The notes under the pieces were generated by a model. That model was not told where the DNA came from, ran no database searches, and saw only the letters and a program-made list of their open reading frames with translations. A DNA stretch of 64,000 bases from Spirochaetia bacterium (GTDB lineage Bacteria; Spirochaetota; Spirochaetia; DSM-2461). A program made the translations under genes and the position numbers. Position 1 is the first letter of the stretch; each line of letters opens with the position of its first letter. Positions 51,309 to 60,363 of this stretch are shown here, piece after piece. The DNA lies in NCBI GenBank assembly GCA_963668315.1, contig OY764216.1, positions 5,472,001 through 5,536,000 on the forward strand, given 5' to 3'.

Positions 51309-51703
51309 CTCTTGTCGCGTCCGGCAATGGGGGTGATCTTGTGCCAAACCCTCGGTCGTTGCAGATTTTGTCGCAACAATTCGTTGACCTGCTTCTCCCG
51401 AGGGCGAAAGACGACCTTCAGTTGTTTCCCGCCCCACTGGTCTCTGCGACGACTTCAGAGCAACTGCGTGGTTACCACGTCGTGAACTGTGTGCAGAGGT
51501 TGCCTTGCCTGGATCGAGAGCGAGCAATTTACAAATGGGACCAAGAGATCGATGAGTTGGTGGTATACAAGTTGGCCGTCGATGCGACCATGGTTCCGGA
51601 TGCTATCCAGATATTTCGAGTGGATGAATGCCCGTACCGGGGGCTGATCTTTCGTGACCTGGTCGGGCAAGGTTTGCGCGGAGTTGCGTTCATCAAGTGT
51701 TGA
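51290..51703 (+). pseudogene. Imm11/DUF1629-like immunity protein, probably 5'-truncated
   Basis: DLVPNPRSLQILSQQF, QLFP, YHVVN, CLDRERA, IFRV, GLRGVAF; no convincing start. Confidence 0.55.
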
Positions 51704-51817
51704 TGGCGGGACGGACAGAATCTCCCAACATCTGCCGCCGCTGTGCTCCCGGTCGCATCGCCCTTTTCGACGTGGTAGGATGGCTACGCGCAGTTCTACC
51801 ACGAGGGAGGGAACACC

Positions 51818-54800
51818 ATGGCGTTCAACACACGGCGGCGTTGGGTCGGGACGAAACTCAAGTCACAAACGGGCTCGCAGAATGCCCGCGTTTGCCTGGC
51901 GGTGGTCATGGCGGTATCCCTGACGGGGACCACGCTCGCCCGCGGCAGCGAACCGTTCCCGGTTCCGTTGGCCAATCCGTCCTTTTCGGAGGACGCGAGT
52001 CCGGAAGGCATCCCTTCCGGCTGGAGTTGCTACGGAAGCGGCGGTGAGAACGTGAAGCTCGAGGTGGTTCGGCAGGGCAGCGATGGCACGCTGCTCATCT
52101 CCGACAGCGATCCGGCGGCCGAGATCGGCGTCTTGCAGAACTTCCCCTTGAAGGGCGGCGAGACCTATGAGGTCACCGCCAAGGTTCGCGGCGTGGAGGG
52201 GGCTTCCGGCTGGGGAGCCTACCTGCAACTGAGATTTCTCCCCTCGAACAAATACGTCCAGGCAGCCCTTTCGCCCAAGTCGGCTGACGAGTTGTCGGAG
52301 GTCTCCGTCAAGGGCACGGCGCCGCCGGACACCACCCGCGGCACCATCTATCTCTACACGCACCGCGATCCGACTCCCCAGGTGCTTGTGACCGAGGTTC
52401 GTCTGGCCGGGGGCCTGCCTGCTCCGCCGCCCCCGCCTCCTGAGCCGGTTCCTCCCCAATACGACCGGCTCAAGGACCTACACCAACAAATCCCGCTGGT
52501 GGGTGACCGGAAGGCGGCGTCCGCGATTGTCGTTCCTGCCGGGGATTCAACTTACCGGGCCGCGGCCACACAGATCCAGCAGGCCGTGGAAACGCGAACC
52601 GGCGTTCGATTGCCCATTCTGACTGACGACGATCCCGGTGCGGCCGTGCCCCTGCGTCAGAATCTCATTCTTCTGGGCAACCGTTCGACAAACCAAAGCC
52701 TGGCGCGGCTCTACGACCAGTACTACTGTCTCGTGGATCTCAAGTATCCCGGACCGAAGGGCTACATGATCCGAACGGTTCACAACCCTTACGGCAACGG
52801 CAACTCGGCCGTGATCGTCGGCGGGAGTGATGCAGAGGGCGTTGAGAAGGGGGCCCGCGTGTTGGTCGGGATTCTGTCGAAAGCCACGGCGGACCGTGAG
52901 AATTCCCTCCCCAGCGAAGCGAGGGGGAGGGCTAGGGAGGAGCGATCGCACTTGAAGGGGGATGCGAGCGATGCTTCGACCCCTCCCCAGCCCTCCCCCA
53001 CGTTCGCTACGCTCACTGGGGAGGGGGACCTCTCGCTCGGCTGGACGATGGAAACCGAGCTTGGCGAGGGCGTGGAGCCGCCCACCGACATCCGCAAGTT
53101 CGAGACTTGGGAGGCTTCGCGGGGCTACGGATCGATCGGCTACTTCGGTTGGTGCAGCATCAGTAAGCAGATGGCCATGTATTACATGACCGGCAACGAG
53201 GCTTGTGCCCGGGAGGTCGTTCGGCTTGCCTTCCCCGACGCCCAGGCGATCCGCGACATCGAGGAAATCGACGGCGAACGAATTGAGAACAAGCACGATC
53301 CCCTGGCGGGCTTCTATCACTACAACGCCCACATGGCGATCCTCTTCTGGGACCTGATCGAAGAGAGTCCCGTTTTCAGCGACGAGGAGCGTCTGCGGAT
53401 CACTAACGCCTTCGCCCGGCAGCTCAATCACCGGAAGGGAGAAGGGGTGTATCAGCTCACCCGGGCGCGGACGAGCGTCAGTTCGCGCCACGGCCAATGG
53501 GCGGCGATTTCGCTCTACTGCCTGGGCCGCTATTTCAACAAGTCCTATCCCGATCCCGTGTGGGCCCAATGCGTTCGGGGCGGGGAACTGGCCTTCGGTT
53601 CCCTTCATCATCATGCCTGGCTTGCCGGCGAGAGCGACAACCTGTTCTGGTACTGCACGGGGATCGCGCCGGTCATGACCTACATGACCCTGACCGGCGA
53701 TCGCAAGCCCTTGGAAAACGGCGTGCTGGAAGAACTGCTTCAGGGCCTGGATATCCTGATTTCCGGCCGGGAAAAAGACTGGGCCCTCAATTCGGCGTCG
53801 CTCGGCATGTTGAACAAGGCCGCCTACCTGACCGGCGACGGGCGCTGGTTGACCTATCGCGAGCGGACGGGCGTGGACACCGACGGATTCCGCCTGGGCC
53901 AGTCCTTCTGGCCCGATTCGGCGTTCCCCGCGACGCAGCCGGACGACCTGATCGGAAAATGGACGATCCAGCGGCTTCCGGAACCGGCCTGGGCGGCCCG
54001 GGCTAGCGGACTGCCTCCGGATCAATCGTTCTACTTCGGCAGTTTTCGAACGGCCGCAGATGACAGCGGTGACTACATCCTCCTCGACGGCTTCAATGGG
54101 GCGTCCCGCAATCCTTACCACACGTTCGATATTCTGCAGCTACGACTCGGCGGGCAGCTCGTTCTCGACGGCTACCACAACCAGGTTCTCACCAGCGCCG
54201 ACGGGATGGTCGAGCCCGCCGCCGCCATGGATGCTGCCCTGGTGCATGCCGACGTGGTTGGGCCCACGGCGTTCGCTACAGGCGAGGTTCCCAAGGCCGC
54301 CTTCTGCAATTGGCGTCGGCATCTCGCCCAACGCGCGGGTTGCTATGCGCTCATCGTGGACGACCTTACTTTCCGTACGGACAGTCAGAACATGGCGGTT
54401 ACCACCACCTGGCAATTGCCGGGCGGACGCTGGGATGGGAAGGCGCAAGCCGTTCGCACTTCCGAGGTCGACCTGCGCTGTTGCGACGTTCAGGAAGCAG
54501 GTGGACGGGGCACCGTGACCATGCGATGGACCGGTGGCGTTCAAAACGGCCGGCACCGGATCGCCTTCTATCTGATCGCGCCCCGGGCTTCGGAGTCGAA
54601 CGGAGTCCCGGCGTGTCTTCGCGTGGCCGAAAACGCCGCCGCCCTAGCGCTGCCGGAAGCGGCCCTCGCCGTTTTCGGGAAGTACGCTCAAACCAGCGCG
54701 GAACTGGCCGTGCTGGCCGAAGACCATCTTGTGGGACGAGCTTTGACCACAGCGGGGATCGACACGCAGCTTCTGACAAGCAATGCTCCGGTCGATATCG

Positions 54801-56293
54801 ACTGGGATTTCAAGACCGGCGTGGTTCACCTGGTGGCTGAGCAGGAGTCGTCCGTGCGTATGGCCCTCGAAACGCCGGCCCTGTTCCTGGCCGACACAAC
54901 GGCGGGCAGGGTCCAGGCGAACGACCCGGTTCCGGACCTGGTTTTTGACGGACCGCGCATGGTCCTGCCGCCAGGACGCCACGTGATCCGCGGCGCGTTT
55001 CCCGCGAAACACCCGCTCGCCGCATTGGCCGAATCGCTTCGCGGGCTGTTTGCTGATGGAGAGAGTGCACGCAAGGAACAACTTGCGGAGGACGGGAAGG
55101 CAGAGCAACTTCCCGCGGCCGACGTTCCTGTTGCCTTCACCTATCAGGCCGACGCCAAGGTGGCCGACATAACGCGTCTCGACGACTCGGGCGATGTACG
55201 GCTTGCCGTTGCGGCAGGCCAAACGATCCACCTGCTGGATTCGGCGGGAGGACTGGTCCGCACACTCGAAACGGACGGCCCGATCCGCGTCCTTCGCTGG
55301 TGGCCCGAGACCGATCTGCTCCTGGCCGGCTGTGTGGACGAGAAGGTTGTGGCTTTCGATCGCACGGGAAAGCGGACGTGGACCTTCACTTCCGAAATGG
55401 ACCGGGCCGTTTACGAGGCGGCCAAGACTTATTGGTTCAAATCGGCGCCCGGCCACGAAGGCATTCACGGACTCCACACGGGAGTGTTCGACGGCGGCAA
55501 GAGTCGCTGCTTTGTCGGCAGCGCGTGCACCCTCGAAATCCTGGACGAGGAGGGACAGCTTGTGAAGCGGACGCCCGTCTTCTGGGGACCTGGACGGAAG
55601 TTCCTCCTGCTGGACAGACCGGACGGTTCCCGCGATCTGCTGATCTCCCGCTGGCTCAACGGCACCGATTTCCTGGCGGTGGTCAACAGTTCGGCCATGG
55701 AGGTCACGTCGCGTGGCTATTACAGCGTTCCTTCGGGCCACTCGTTCGTGAGCGGTTGGATGGCCCAAAATCGAACGGGCCTGTTCCTCGACGACCTCGA
55801 CGGCAACGGTACCCCCGAGGTGGCCACCGCCATCAACGGGACGTGGAATCGAGTGACGGTCTATTCCGTGAAAGGAGATCCGCTCCACAACGCCCAATTC
55901 GGTCCCGGTGCAAGTTCCAAGCCCCGGTCGCGAATGCGCGACATGGACGTGGCCGATCTGAACGGCGACGGAAAGAAAGAGATCCTGGTTGGCCTGTCCG
56001 AAGGACTCGTCGTCTGCCTGGATCCCATCTGCGAACGGCTCTGGTCGACCCGGCTGCCCAGCCCGCCGCTTTCGATCAAAGCAGTTGTTTCCTCCACGGC
56101 GGGCGGAAATCAGGTGATTGTTGGTTGCGAGAATGGAGCTGTGATTTCCCTGGATCCGGACGGGACACCCCTTCGCATCGGGCAGGTCAACGGACGCCCC
56201 ACGGAGATCATCAGCCTCAAGGGCGATCACGCTTCCGTTGTTGTGCTCGCGACGGAGAAAGGTGAGGTTGCGGGGCTGAACGTCGCGAAGTGA
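51818..56293 (+). CDS. Large exported multidomain protein: CBM-like, GH20-domain-2-like, helical heparinase II/III-like region, C-terminal beta-propeller/FG-GAP
   Basis: RBS GAGGGAG; signal peptide; LANPSFSE; NLILLGN...PGPKGY...VGGSDAEG; DLDGNG and DLNGDGKKE repeats. Confidence 0.75.
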   Translation: MAFNTRRRWVGTKLKSQTGSQNARVCLAVVMAVSLTGTTLARGSEPFPVPLANPSFSEDASPEGIPSGWSCYGSGGENVKLEVVRQGSDGTLLISDSDPAAEIGVLQNFPLKGGETYEVTAKVRGVEGASGWGAYLQLRFLPSNKYVQAALSPKSADELSEVSVKGTAPPDTTRGTIYLYTHRDPTPQVLVTEVRLAGGLPAPPPPPPEPVPPQYDRLKDLHQQIPLVGDRKAASAIVVPAGDSTYRAAATQIQQAVETRTGVRLPILTDDDPGAAVPLRQNLILLGNRSTNQSLARLYDQYYCLVDLKYPGPKGYMIRTVHNPYGNGNSAVIVGGSDAEGVEKGARVLVGILSKATADRENSLPSEARGRAREERSHLKGDASDASTPPQPSPTFATLTGEGDLSLGWTMETELGEGVEPPTDIRKFETWEASRGYGSIGYFGWCSISKQMAMYYMTGNEACAREVVRLAFPDAQAIRDIEEIDGERIENKHDPLAGFYHYNAHMAILFWDLIEESPVFSDEERLRITNAFARQLNHRKGEGVYQLTRARTSVSSRHGQWAAISLYCLGRYFNKSYPDPVWAQCVRGGELAFGSLHHHAWLAGESDNLFWYCTGIAPVMTYMTLTGDRKPLENGVLEELLQGLDILISGREKDWALNSASLGMLNKAAYLTGDGRWLTYRERTGVDTDGFRLGQSFWPDSAFPATQPDDLIGKWTIQRLPEPAWAARASGLPPDQSFYFGSFRTAADDSGDYILLDGFNGASRNPYHTFDILQLRLGGQLVLDGYHNQVLTSADGMVEPAAAMDAALVHADVVGPTAFATGEVPKAAFCNWRRHLAQRAGCYALIVDDLTFRTDSQNMAVTTTWQLPGGRWDGKAQAVRTSEVDLRCCDVQEAGGRGTVTMRWTGGVQNGRHRIAFYLIAPRASESNGVPACLRVAENAAALALPEAALAVFGKYAQTSAELAVLAEDHLVGRALTTAGIDTQLLTSNAPVDIDWDFKTGVVHLVAEQESSVRMALETPALFLADTTAGRVQANDPVPDLVFDGPRMVLPPGRHVIRGAFPAKHPLAALAESLRGLFADGESARKEQLAEDGKAEQLPAADVPVAFTYQADAKVADITRLDDSGDVRLAVAAGQTIHLLDSAGGLVRTLETDGPIRVLRWWPETDLLLAGCVDEKVVAFDRTGKRTWTFTSEMDRAVYEAAKTYWFKSAPGHEGIHGLHTGVFDGGKSRCFVGSACTLEILDEEGQLVKRTPVFWGPGRKFLLLDRPDGSRDLLISRWLNGTDFLAVVNSSAMEVTSRGYYSVPSGHSFVSGWMAQNRTGLFLDDLDGNGTPEVATAINGTWNRVTVYSVKGDPLHNAQFGPGASSKPRSRMRDMDVADLNGDGKKEILVGLSEGLVVCLDPICERLWSTRLPSPPLSIKAVVSSTAGGNQVIVGCENGAVISLDPDGTPLRIGQVNGRPTEIISLKGDHASVVVLATEKGEVAGLNVAK
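52904..53027. repeat. REP-like double-palindrome element inserted in frame in a CDS
   Basis: CCCTCCCC-AGCGAAGCGA-GGGGGAGGG-CTAGGGAGG ... CCCCTCCCCAG-CCCTCCCCC-ACGTTCGCTACGCTCACT-GGGGAGGG. Confidence 0.75.
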
Positions 56294-56323
56294 CAACCGA
56301 TCAGCTTAAACAGCCTCCAGCGT

Positions 56324-57160
56324 TTAAATATCCAGGTCGTCCAGTTCGTCGACGAGGTTGTCGAGTTGATCGGTTTTGCTGGCTGCGTTCATTTGGGAGA
56401 GGGCGCGGTCCCGTTCCGTCGCGGCCAGGGTGTTTGCGTCGGCGCCGCTGAAGAGTTGGGAAAGATCCAACTTCAGTCCGGTCAGCGACGCCTCCGCATC
56501 GCCCGCGATGGCCGGGTCGTCGTGCTGGGGGAACATGATCGCCCCCTCGGGGCAGATACGACTGCAGGCGGGGCACCCGGGCCGGCATGCATCGGGCTGT
56601 TCGATGAGAATATCGTCGTCGGCATCCGTTCCGTACACGCCGAAGAGACAGAAGTTGAGACACTCCAGACAGCCCGAGCAGCGATCCCGGTCGATGACCG
56701 GGTACCAACGCTCGCGCGTCTTTTCTTCTCTTCGCTGCGGAGTAATGGGGTCGACTGGGGCGGCAGCCTGCAATGGCGGCTCGCCCCGGATGATCCGATC
56801 CACCTCGTCGAGGATTGTCTTATCCGTGGCGCCGGGCACAACGCCCAGGCACCAGATCGGGCGCCGCGTGTCGTCCGGCCCGGTTTCCTCATTGGCGAAG
56901 CGTCCGTCCACGTCAGAAACGTGCAGGGTCCAGAACGCCGCCCGGGGCTGAAGCCAGCACACCACGATCATGGGGCCCGGAATTTCACGGAGGAACTGCA
57001 TGGTCGGGCCCGACGGCTCCAGATCATAGAGGTGCGGAATGACTGTCAGGTCCACGGTCTTCCGGGTCATCAGGCCGCTGGAGAGAGACGCGACGAGTTG
57101 CTGGCGTTCGGCGTCGCCGGGACGCGGTTCGGAGAGGATCACGGAGATGGTTTCGGACAT
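56324..57160 (-). CDS. 4Fe-4S dicluster ferredoxin-domain protein
   Basis: CSGCLECLNFCLFGVY and CRPGCPACSRICPEGAI. Confidence 0.88.
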   Translation of the reverse strand: MSETISVILSEPRPGDAERQQLVASLSSGLMTRKTVDLTVIPHLYDLEPSGPTMQFLREIPGPMIVVCWLQPRAAFWTLHVSDVDGRFANEETGPDDTRRPIWCLGVVPGATDKTILDEVDRIIRGEPPLQAAAPVDPITPQRREEKTRERWYPVIDRDRCSGCLECLNFCLFGVYGTDADDDILIEQPDACRPGCPACSRICPEGAIMFPQHDDPAIAGDAEASLTGLKLDLSQLFSGADANTLAATERDRALSQMNAASKTDQLDNLVDELDDLDI

Positions 57161-57182
57161 TGGTTCCTATGGTTTCCGGGTT

Positions 57183-57656
57183 CTACCGGTCTTCTGTCGG
57201 ATTTCGACCGGCCTGACCTTTGAGAAGGCGTTGCGCGAAAGGCCAGGTGGCCTCCAAATGCTGGACGTAGGACTCGGGGGCGAGCAGGCCCTCGGGTGTG
57301 CCCCTCAGTTCCAGGAGCCACGCTGTATCATAGAGATTCGAGTTGATAAGGCCAGGGGCGGAAAGGACCAAATCATTGAGTTGCTCGACCCGTCCCCCCA
57401 CCGGCGAGTAGATGTCGCTTGTGGCCTTGGAGGCCTCCACGTAGCCGATTCGCTGGCCCGGTTCGATCGTGTCGCCCGTTGCTATCGACCACTGAAGGTG
57501 GTGCATATCGCCGAGCAGGCGAACCGCGTAGGCTGAGAATCCCAGTCGCAGCAGATCTCCGTCCGCCATGACCCACAAATGGCTTTTTGCGTAGTGGCGA
57601 TCGACCGGCAGGATTGCCGGCGATTTGCCCATCATGAATACGAGCGGTTTTTCCAT
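57183..57656 (-). CDS. Glycine cleavage H-like lipoyl-carrier protein
   Basis: YAKSHLW, LGFSAYA..LLGD, VEASKATSDIYSPVGG (lipoyl Lys), AWL. Confidence 0.88.
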   Translation of the reverse strand: MEKPLVFMMGKSPAILPVDRHYAKSHLWVMADGDLLRLGFSAYAVRLLGDMHHLQWSIATGDTIEPGQRIGYVEASKATSDIYSPVGGRVEQLNDLVLSAPGLINSNLYDTAWLLELRGTPEGLLAPESYVQHLEATWPFAQRLLKGQAGRNPTEDR

Positions 57657-57771
57657 GGAGAAGCAGGTAGCTATGAAAGGGGTGAAACCTCGCAAGGAGC
57701 CGAGACCTTTGCGGCGGGCTTGTTTAACCCGCAGCCGCAGGCGAGGATTGTCAAGCATTCCAAAGCGGCCA

Positions 57772-58905
57772 TTATCGGCTGCCGAAGCAGAACAGAGTTC
57801 CTTCGTCATTGCCGATGACGAGGCGTCCCTGGGCAACGGCCGGGGAACCGATCAGAGAGCCGCCGGTTTCGTACTGCCAGACCTCGCGGCCCGTCTTAAG
57901 GTCCAATGCGCGAAGTCGTCCATCCGCCGAGCCCACGAAGACTCGCTGGCCGACAATCACGGGCGACGTTTCAACCTTGCCGCGGGTGGCGAAACTCCAG
58001 AGGGCCTTCCCGGTGGCGGGATCGACGGCGTGAACGCTCTTGTCGAGGGATCCCACAACCACCACGTCGTTCCTGGCGGCGGCCGAACTGCGGAAGGGCA
58101 TCTGGCGGCGTTCGGCGTTGTAGCGCCAGACGATTTGCGGTGTCTTCCAATCGATTCCGAAGAAGGTGGACCCCTCGGTACCGACGAAGAGCAGATCGCC
58201 GAGAACGGCGGGAGTCGAACCGGTGGGGGCCTCGATGGGCACGCTCCCGATTTCTTTGCCTTGATTCAGGTCCACCACGTGGAGGCTGCCGTCGCAGCCG
58301 GCCACAAAGGCGCGATTCTCCACGATGGTGGGAAAGCAGCGGATCTGGTCCTCGCTCTCGAATTTCCAGACCAGGTTTCCGGTGGCCGCCTCAAGGCAAT
58401 AGAGCGTTCCGTCCTGGGAGCCGAAGAGCACGCGATCCCGATGAAAATTGGCGCTGGAGTTGATTTCGGCGTCGGAATCGAAATGCCAGAGTTCCTTTCC
58501 GTCGTCGGCGCCGATGCAGTAGAATCGCCCGTCCACATCGCCCGCGTAGACTCTGCCGTCGTGAACGGAGGGTGAAGCGGTGAAACCGAGTTCAGTTTCG
58601 AAGGCCCACACCTTCTTTCCTGATTGGAAGCCCACTGCGTAGAGGTTTCCATCGGTGGAACCGATGTAGAGGCGATCCTTGACGATCGCGGCGGTCGATT
58701 CGAACCAACCCTTTTCCGTGGCGAAGGTCCAAAGGACCTCCGGCTTCTCCGGCAATTCTCCCGCTGCCACGCCGGTGGCAAGGGGGTTGCCTCGAAACAA
58801 CGGCCAAGACACCTGGTTCGGCGTGTCGTCAGCCCGTGCCGAAGACGGCACGGGCAGAAGAACAACAACCAGGGCGAAAACGCGGAGGAAAGACCGGCAT
58901 CGCAT
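57772..58905 (-). CDS. Exported PQQ-type beta-propeller protein (BamB-like)
   Basis: WPLFRGN; repeated SP/SS...GSxDGxLY...TGxxxWxF blades. Confidence 0.9.
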   Translation of the reverse strand: MRCRSFLRVFALVVVLLPVPSSARADDTPNQVSWPLFRGNPLATGVAAGELPEKPEVLWTFATEKGWFESTAAIVKDRLYIGSTDGNLYAVGFQSGKKVWAFETELGFTASPSVHDGRVYAGDVDGRFYCIGADDGKELWHFDSDAEINSSANFHRDRVLFGSQDGTLYCLEAATGNLVWKFESEDQIRCFPTIVENRAFVAGCDGSLHVVDLNQGKEIGSVPIEAPTGSTPAVLGDLLFVGTEGSTFFGIDWKTPQIVWRYNAERRQMPFRSSAAARNDVVVVGSLDKSVHAVDPATGKALWSFATRGKVETSPVIVGQRVFVGSADGRLRALDLKTGREVWQYETGGSLIGSPAVAQGRLVIGNDEGTLFCFGSR

Positions 58906-58914
58906 GACGAGATT

Positions 58915-59385
58915 CTAACGCATGTTCGACGTGTCGGGGGTGGCACTCAGTTGGGAGAGCACCTGGAGCAAGCCGTTGAGATGGGCAACACGGGGGCCGA
59001 AGCGATCGACGAATTCGTTCAGCATGAACTCGCCGTCGCGGAGCGTTTCGAAATTATCGGTGATCTCGTCGGTCAACGTTTCGAGGTATTCGGTCTGGAT
59101 CCGGCTCAAGGACTCAGCCGCCATACGACACGCCCTGGCCAGGTCGGGGTTGGCTTGTTTCCACTGTCCGAGTTCCGCTGCGCGTTGACGCTGAGCAGAG
59201 CCCATTTGGTTGACAAGCTCTTCCAGCAATTCGTTCTGGCGATCCTGGGCAGCCAACATGGCGCGAAGGAGTCCTGCCATTTCGGCAAACATTGCGGCGC
59301 CGGAATGAGAAGGGGGAGGGGGAGCCCCGTGAGAAACGTCGATTTGGCTAAAGAGGGGGGTCTGTGGTCGCTGATGATCGGTCAT
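58915..59385 (-). CDS. Hypothetical helical protein
   Basis: RBS GAAAAGGAAAGG; first gene of a tightly spaced four-gene operon. Confidence 0.75.
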   Translation of the reverse strand: MTDHQRPQTPLFSQIDVSHGAPPPPSHSGAAMFAEMAGLLRAMLAAQDRQNELLEELVNQMGSAQRQRAAELGQWKQANPDLARACRMAAESLSRIQTEYLETLTDEITDNFETLRDGEFMLNEFVDRFGPRVAHLNGLLQVLSQLSATPDTSNMR

Positions 59386-59778
59386 AAGTAGCCTTTCCTT
59401 TCAGAGATCCAGTATAAACTCGGCGAAGTCGGAAAGTCGAGTGTCGCGTCCCGCATTATGCGTGCAAGTCCTCAAGTTTCACGGGCCAAAGACTACCCAG
59501 TCCGCACAGCCCGCAGAAACTATCGCCGCTGGCGCTCACCGCACGGGCGGCAAATTCGTCAAGTTGTTTCTGAACGACAACTAGCTTGGCGCCAACCGAT
59601 TTGCGTCAAACCCCGTTGCTGTCCCAAGCCGATCTGCCCTTCCGAAGAGTGACCTACATGGAGCGACCGTTAAAGTCGGCAGCCTTCAGCACCCGAATTA
59701 TCGAGAGGCAAGACCAACGCACGATGACTACCTGAGAAAATACGCAACTTGAGTGTGAAGGGATAAACGGGGAGGCAA

Positions 59779-60360
59779 ATGACAGCGTCTGATGTCAGTA
59801 CGGAGAGTCCGCTGGGATTTCTCACGGTCGTTGAGGATCGGAAGCACGGGCTTTTTGGGGGATATTTGGTCCTCAACCGAGCGGGCAGGCCTTTGGAGTT
59901 CCACTGCACGGCACCGGTTCGAGCGAATCGCGCGCAGGAAATTCTGTATGGGCCGACTCTACGTCCCTACCTTTATGGGGAACAGATCGGGCGTACCCTC
60001 CTGGAGCAGGGGAAACACGGAGCTGTGATGGTGCTGACCGATTGCGAGCCCATGCTTTCGGTTGGCGAATTCATCACGCCACCGGTGATTCTCGTCGGCG
60101 ATGGGGGGGGAGGGGCGTCTCCGTCTCGAAGCAATCCTGCGGAGAAGACCTGGCGAGTTGACCCGGCGCAAGGCGCGGAGCCGAAACTGCACTATTTCGA
60201 AGTTGCCGGGCAGAGGTTGGCCATAGGACGCAAGGAGAATGCGCAAGGGCGTGATAGGGTTGCCCAATCGTTGGAAGCCTTGGCGACGAGTTTGGATCTT
60301 TCGGAGCCTTTTGAACGGATCCGTGCGGCGATCGATGAGGCTCGCCGCGGAGGCCAATAG
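59779..60360 (+). CDS. Hypothetical protein
   Basis: RBS GGGAGG; GGYLVLN..GRPLEFHCT, EPFERIR; 3 bp from the SNF2 gene. Confidence 0.75.
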   Translation: MTASDVSTESPLGFLTVVEDRKHGLFGGYLVLNRAGRPLEFHCTAPVRANRAQEILYGPTLRPYLYGEQIGRTLLEQGKHGAVMVLTDCEPMLSVGEFITPPVILVGDGGGGASPSRSNPAEKTWRVDPAQGAEPKLHYFEVAGQRLAIGRKENAQGRDRVAQSLEALATSLDLSEPFERIRAAIDEARRGGQ

Positions 60361-60363
60361 ACG

